A stretch of DNA of 64,000 nt from NCBI GenBank assembly GCA_025655595.1, contig JAHXIO010000033.1, positions 1,569 through 65,568 on the forward strand. The letters are read 5' to 3'. This document shows, in pieces, positions 59,811-64,000 of this stretch. Under the pieces are notes generated by a model. The model was not told where the DNA came from, did no database searches, and saw nothing but the letters and a program-made list of their open reading frames with translations. The position numbers and the translations under genes are program-made. Position 1 is the first letter of the stretch; every line of letters starts with the position of its first letter. This stretch comes from Candidatus Thiodiazotropha sp. (ex Monitilora ramsayi) (GTDB lineage: Bacteria > Pseudomonadota > Gammaproteobacteria > Chromatiales > Chromatiaceae).

Positions 59811-59962
59811 TTTGATCCCTCATTGATTTGCTGCTTGATCGCACTTTCGACCGGTATCCGAGTATAGCCAGAACACTTCCCCATTTGTCACATTTTTATC
59901 ACACCCGGAACAGCCTCCATGCGACCTGGTCTATGATCACAATCAACACAGGAGATCTTCGT

Positions 59963-60604
59963 ATGAAAAAGACAACATTACTATTGATAGGCCTGCTCTT
60001 TGCAGGGGTATTTATTCTCATCTCCGCTCAGGCAGAGATGAAAACAGAAATGCCTGTCAGCCATGATGGGCTTGAGGTCGCTACCTTTGCCGGTGGATGT
60101 TTCTGGTGCACCGAATCCGATTTCGAGAAGCTTGATGGTGTGGTGAAAGTCATCTCGGGTTACACCGGCGGCACTGAGAAGAACCCAACCTACCGACGGG
60201 TCGCCAGCGGAAAGACCAGGCACCTTGAGAGCGTCAAGGTCTACTACGATCCCGCAAAGATCAGTTATGAACAACTGCTGGGCGCCTTCTGGAAGATGGT
60301 CAATCCGACCGACGATGGTGGCCAATTCGTCGATCGTGGTTATCAATACTCAACCGCCATCTTCTACCATACCGACGCACAGCGCAGGGCTGCAGAAACC
60401 TCAAAGAGTGCCCTCAATGAGAGCGGGCGCTACGAAGAAAACATTGTGACTCCGATCCGCGAGGCTGGACTGTTCTATGCGGCTGAGAATTATCACCAGA
60501 ACTACTACAAACGAAATCCTGTACGCTACAAGTATTATCGCTGGAATTCAGGCCGGGATCAGTATCTCGCTAAGATATGGGGAGAGGAGACGCTCCACAA
60601 CTGA
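59963..60604 (+). CDS. msrA: peptide-methionine (S)-S-oxide reductase MsrA, exported form
   Basis: A signal peptide (MKKTTLLLIGLLFAGVFILISAQA) is followed by the active site FAGGCFWCTE, and by YTGG and HQNYY. AGGAGA SD. Confidence 0.93.
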   Translation: MKKTTLLLIGLLFAGVFILISAQAEMKTEMPVSHDGLEVATFAGGCFWCTESDFEKLDGVVKVISGYTGGTEKNPTYRRVASGKTRHLESVKVYYDPAKISYEQLLGAFWKMVNPTDDGGQFVDRGYQYSTAIFYHTDAQRRAAETSKSALNESGRYEENIVTPIREAGLFYAAENYHQNYYKRNPVRYKYYRWNSGRDQYLAKIWGEETLHN

Positions 60605-60649
60605 GTCTTCTCATATGACCAGCGTCCCCTCAGGATAATAATTCCTGAA

Positions 60650-60675
60650 CTGCCCCCCTCTCTCAAGGGGGGCAG
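60650..60675 (+). terminator. hairpin downstream of msrA
   Basis: CTGCCCCCC-tctctcaa-GGGGGGCAG forms a 9-bp stem. The T-run (tttttt) lies ~20 nt further on rather than adjacent. Confidence 0.4.
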
Positions 60676-60899
60676 CTGCCCGTCAGAATTATCAGAATTT
60701 TTTATTGGATTTGATTATCAAGCAATTTTACAGAATGAAAACCCAGCAAAATAGTACGATAAGAAATTGATTCTTAAATGCTAAATGCTGATTTAGACTG
60801 TTTATCATTCCACGCATATTTGATAAATTACCCCACTGTTTGTAGATGTATAGCAAAAAGGAGTTGCTACCCACACTGAATTAAGATCCTACTGCCGTT

Positions 60900-61607
60900 G
60901 TGAGGAATATCTTGCGCTGCTCGAAGACCTTCATCCCCATATCTGCCCTTTTGGCAGTCAGCTGGTGTGTAGTGGGTTTCGCAGGATGGGACGAAGCACA
61001 ACTAGAGAGGGAGGAGGCGTTACTGCTGACCCCCGATCTCGACAGCGGCAAAATTGTCTATGAGGGCTGCGCTGTCTGCCATATGCCTGAGGGTTGGGGC
61101 ACACCCAATGGGGCCTATCCCCAGATAGCCGGTCAACACCACACCGTCACCATCAAACAACTGGCTGACATCCGGGCAAACAATCGCGATAACCCCTCTA
61201 TGTATCCATTTGCGATTCCCGAGGAGATCGGGGGTGTCCAGTCCCTCGCCGATGTGGCCGCCTATATCGAGACCATGAAGATGACAACCGCCACAGGTAA
61301 AGGCGATGGAACCGACCTCCCCTATGGCGAAAACCTCTATCTTGACAACTGTACCGAATGTCACGGCGAGAATGGAGCGGGAAGCGCCAACGATGCCTAT
61401 CCGCTGATTCAGGGTCAGCACTACCACTACGTCTTAAGGCAGTTGAAGTGGATCAAAAATGGCAAGCGACGCAATGCCAACACAGACATGATGAAGAGCA
61501 TCGAGCAGTTCGGTGATCGTGAGTTCAAAGCCTTGGCTGACTATATATCCAGGATGCAGCCAATCGAAGAGAAACTATCCCCGAATACATGGAAAGACCG
61601 TAGATAG
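60900..61607 (+). CDS. dihaem c-type cytochrome (c4-like), periplasmic
   Basis: It has a signal-like N-terminus and two CxxCH motifs (CAVCH, CTECH). The GTG start at 60900 is uncertain. Confidence 0.85.
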   Translation: MRNILRCSKTFIPISALLAVSWCVVGFAGWDEAQLEREEALLLTPDLDSGKIVYEGCAVCHMPEGWGTPNGAYPQIAGQHHTVTIKQLADIRANNRDNPSMYPFAIPEEIGGVQSLADVAAYIETMKMTTATGKGDGTDLPYGENLYLDNCTECHGENGAGSANDAYPLIQGQHYHYVLRQLKWIKNGKRRNANTDMMKSIEQFGDREFKALADYISRMQPIEEKLSPNTWKDRR

Positions 61608-63271
61608 TGCAGTCACTGCCGATTATGGAAAATGAAAACCAACTCAATTCAGATCAACATAGTGAGTTCTCGATGAAAAAAGAACTCATCTATAGTTTTC
61701 TGTTGATTTTCATTCCGGCATCGCTGCTTTTCAGCGCGATCTTCTATGCCTTCTCGAATCAAACACGCAAATACGAGCTTCAGACCATACAGATAAGAGA
61801 AGAAGCTGCCCTGAAGAGTGCCACCGAACTGACCTCTATATTGTTCGAGCAGAAACTCTCTGACCTGATGGTGCTTGCCGAGGGTGAGACACTGAGAAAA
61901 TTCCTGCATAAAGAGAATATGTTGAATTGGATCCATGTCACACGGGAATTTTCTCTTTTTGCTCGGCGCAAGCCCAAATACGCGCAGATTCGCTTCATCG
62001 ATACCGAAGGTATGGAGCTGGTCAGGATCAACAACAAGGCCGGCGACCCCGAGATCGTGCCTAAAACTGAACTGCAGGACAAGAACAGCAACTACTATTT
62101 TCAAGAATCCATAAAACTCAACCAGGGTGACATCTACATCTCACCCCTGGATCTGAATATGGAGAATGGCGTTGTCGAACAGCCGATTGTGCCCACTATC
62201 CGATTCTCCACTCCAGTCCACGATGGCTACGGTAAAAAGCGCGGCATTTTAATCATTAACTACACCCCTGCTGAACTGCTTGACAGAATTGAGGACATAT
62301 TCAAAACGCTGATAGGCGACACAATCATGCTCAATAGTGACGGCTATTGGCTGATGGGCTCCACCGAAGACAAGCTTTGGGGTTTTATGTATGGAAGTGA
62401 GGAGACTTTCGCCAAAGATCATCCCGAAGTCTGGGCTGCTATCGCCTACAGCGACAGAGGGTCAGTCTCAACCGATACCGGCCTCTATATCTTCCAGCGG
62501 GCTTATCCCTTGAATCGTGCCAGTCTCGGTACAGCTGAAAATATCCAGATGACTCCAGATGCAGGAGAACACATGGAGCAAGACCCATATTGGGTCTATG
62601 TCTCACACATTTCCAAGACACTCATTGATGATCTCTCAGCCAAACGCGTCATTATCTCATCCATTACCTACCTACTGCTTTTTATCGTAACCGGACTCAT
62701 CAGCGGGATGTTCGCAAAGAATGCCGCGCAGAAAAAGCTTGCTTTTCTCAAGCTGCAACAGCACGCGACTACAGATGAACTGACCGGTATCGCCAACAGG
62801 CGTGAACTGCATAAAGCCGGTGAGAACGAATTCAAACGAGCATTTAGATTCAACAGAGACTATTCAATACTGATGATCGATCTGGATCATTTCAAAGTCA
62901 TAAACGACTCCCATGGGCACACCATTGGTGACGAAGTCCTCAAACATATCGCCAATCTCTGTCTGGACATTACCAGGACAGAAGACTTGCTCGCGCGATA
63001 TGGTGGTGAAGAGTTCGTCATGCTCCTGCCTGAGACCAATATTGATGGTGCCAAACAGCTTGCAGAACGGATTTGCCAGGATGTGCGTGATAACCCCTTT
63101 GATTCAACAGATGGTCCTATCGCCATCACAGTCAGCATCGGCATCAGCGAAATCGGACCCGCAGACAGCATCTATACCGATATCCTGCTCAGAGCCGACA
63201 AGGCACTCTATCAGGCAAAGAGAGACGGCCGGGATAGAGTTGTTGCCATATACGCTAAGCCAACTCAATGA
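61607..63271 (+). CDS. membrane diguanylate cyclase with a large periplasmic Cache-like sensor domain
   Basis: Two TM helices flank a ~300-aa periplasmic region. The C-terminal GGDEF domain has an intact active site (RYGGEEFVMLL). Candidate starts are the GTG at 61607 (overlapping the cytochrome stop), the ATG at 61625 and the ATG at 61673. Confidence 0.88.
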   Translation: MQSLPIMENENQLNSDQHSEFSMKKELIYSFLLIFIPASLLFSAIFYAFSNQTRKYELQTIQIREEAALKSATELTSILFEQKLSDLMVLAEGETLRKFLHKENMLNWIHVTREFSLFARRKPKYAQIRFIDTEGMELVRINNKAGDPEIVPKTELQDKNSNYYFQESIKLNQGDIYISPLDLNMENGVVEQPIVPTIRFSTPVHDGYGKKRGILIINYTPAELLDRIEDIFKTLIGDTIMLNSDGYWLMGSTEDKLWGFMYGSEETFAKDHPEVWAAIAYSDRGSVSTDTGLYIFQRAYPLNRASLGTAENIQMTPDAGEHMEQDPYWVYVSHISKTLIDDLSAKRVIISSITYLLLFIVTGLISGMFAKNAAQKKLAFLKLQQHATTDELTGIANRRELHKAGENEFKRAFRFNRDYSILMIDLDHFKVINDSHGHTIGDEVLKHIANLCLDITRTEDLLARYGGEEFVMLLPETNIDGAKQLAERICQDVRDNPFDSTDGPIAITVSIGISEIGPADSIYTDILLRADKALYQAKRDGRDRVVAIYAKPTQ

Positions 63272-63297
63272 CGGCCAGGAAAAGCCGTCATTTTTTT
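63268..63297. terminator. bidirectional rho-independent terminator between the convergent DGC and EAL genes
   Basis: ATGACGGC-caggaaaa-GCCGTCAT is followed by T7 on the plus strand. On the minus strand the hairpin directly follows the TAA of the EAL gene, with an A-rich left flank. Confidence 0.75.
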
Positions 63298-64000
63298 AGA
63301 CTACGAGTTCTGTGATGCATTTTGCCAACGCATCCGGTCTGACCGGTTTACTGTAGAGATATCCCTGCGCCTCCTGACAGCCGGCTTCCTTCAGGAAACT
63401 TGCCTGTTCTGCCGTTTCCACCCCTTCGGCAATGATCGTCAATCCCAGGCTCTTTCCCATGGCGATAATGGCTTGCGAGATTGCAGTATCGTCAGGATTG
63501 TCCGGTATATCCTTCACAAAGGACTGGTCTAACTTAAGCTTGTTGATGGGTAGTTGCTTAAGATAGCTCAGTGATGAATAGCCAGTACCGAAGTCGTCGA
63601 TGGACAGCGTAACGTCCAGTTGCCTTAACTGCTCGAGCTGGGCAATAGCCGAGTCGACCTGCTGCATAATGAATCCCTCAGTGATCTCCAGATCCAGTCT
63701 GGATGCAGGAAACCCTGTTTCATCAAGAACAATGCGAACTTCACTCGGCAAAGTACCCCGTTGAATCTGTGGTCCGGCCACATTGACACCTATCGTACCG
63801 AATTCAACCTCCTGCTCAATCCACTGTACGCCCTGTTTGCAGGCGGTACGCAGCACCCAGTTACCGATTTGTTGTATCAGGCCCGACTCTTCCGCCAAGG
63901 GAATAAACCTGCCTGGGGGAATCATGCCGAGTTCAGGATGTTGCCAGCGGATAAGGGCCTCCACACCGATGACTTTGCCGGTGTGCAGATCGATTTGAGG
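63296..64000 (-). CDS. EAL-domain c-di-GMP phosphodiesterase, C-terminal part (5' end outside the window)
   Basis: The frame is open to the window edge: PQIDLHTGKVIGVEALIRWQHP..., plus FIPLAEESGLI, the DDFGTGYSSLSYL motif, KLD and EGVET..Q. Confidence 0.88.
   Translation of the reverse strand, partial: PQIDLHTGKVIGVEALIRWQHPELGMIPPGRFIPLAEESGLIQQIGNWVLRTACKQGVQWIEQEVEFGTIGVNVAGPQIQRGTLPSEVRIVLDETGFPASRLDLEITEGFIMQQVDSAIAQLEQLRQLDVTLSIDDFGTGYSSLSYLKQLPINKLKLDQSFVKDIPDNPDDTAISQAIIAMGKSLGLTIIAEGVETAEQASFLKEAGCQEAQGYLYSKPVRPDALAKCITELVV

Noticed and set aside
60711-60721. The TTGATTATCAA palindrome upstream of the cytochrome c gene as an FNR/Anr site.
   Set aside because: The half-sites are right, but the spacer is 1 nt instead of the 4 nt in TTGAT-N4-ATCAA, so it is not a canonical FNR box.
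1-64000. Search for rRNA, tRNA, tmRNA, CRISPR arrays, integrases, transposases and prophage genes.
   Set aside because: None was seen. All intergenic gaps over 150 bp were read on both strands. Only the MITE-like element at 57192-57459 and a few hairpins stood out. tRNAscan, Infernal or minced would be needed for certainty.

Overview
The window looks like a gammaproteobacterial chromosome segment, and most of it is core housekeeping. I did not see any rRNA, tRNA, CRISPR array, intact IS element or prophage.

**Core content**
- znuCB and mfd-csiV.
- A four-gene Mce/Mla-type lipid ABC transporter.
- A phosphate block: ppk1, usp, a Na/Pi cotransporter and phoBR.
- A long minus-strand block: gyrA-serC-serA-pheA-hisC-tyrA-aroA-cmk-rpsA-ihfB.
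- mtnA/mtaD, ubiG-HAD-yciK, a CPA2 K+ antiporter, msrA, and c-di-GMP genes at the right end.

**Accessory, more AT-rich patches carry the unusual content**
- 1.1-6.3 kb: a GGDEF remnant, an unknown 388-aa gene, a gluconokinase-gluconolactonase fusion, a decayed PEP-utilising gene and an orphan H-NOX.
- 6.3-11.8 kb: a Gdh/debranching-enzyme/GH63 operon.
- 20-24.4 kb: an HsbR-like REC-PP2C-kinase, then an archaeal-type 2-phosphoglycerate kinase plus ApgM-like mutase pair upstream of ppk1.
- 54.1-54.8 kb: two small ORFs, one of them Cys-rich.
- 55.5-59.3 kb: a non-flagellar MotA/MotB-like stator pair, a 268-bp MITE-like element with 35-bp perfect inverted repeats, and an AT-rich domain-less 551-aa ORF.

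**Best candidates for something undescribed:** the 55.5-59.3 kb block and the 2PGK/ApgM pair. All functional calls come from reading the translations by eye. No database search was run.
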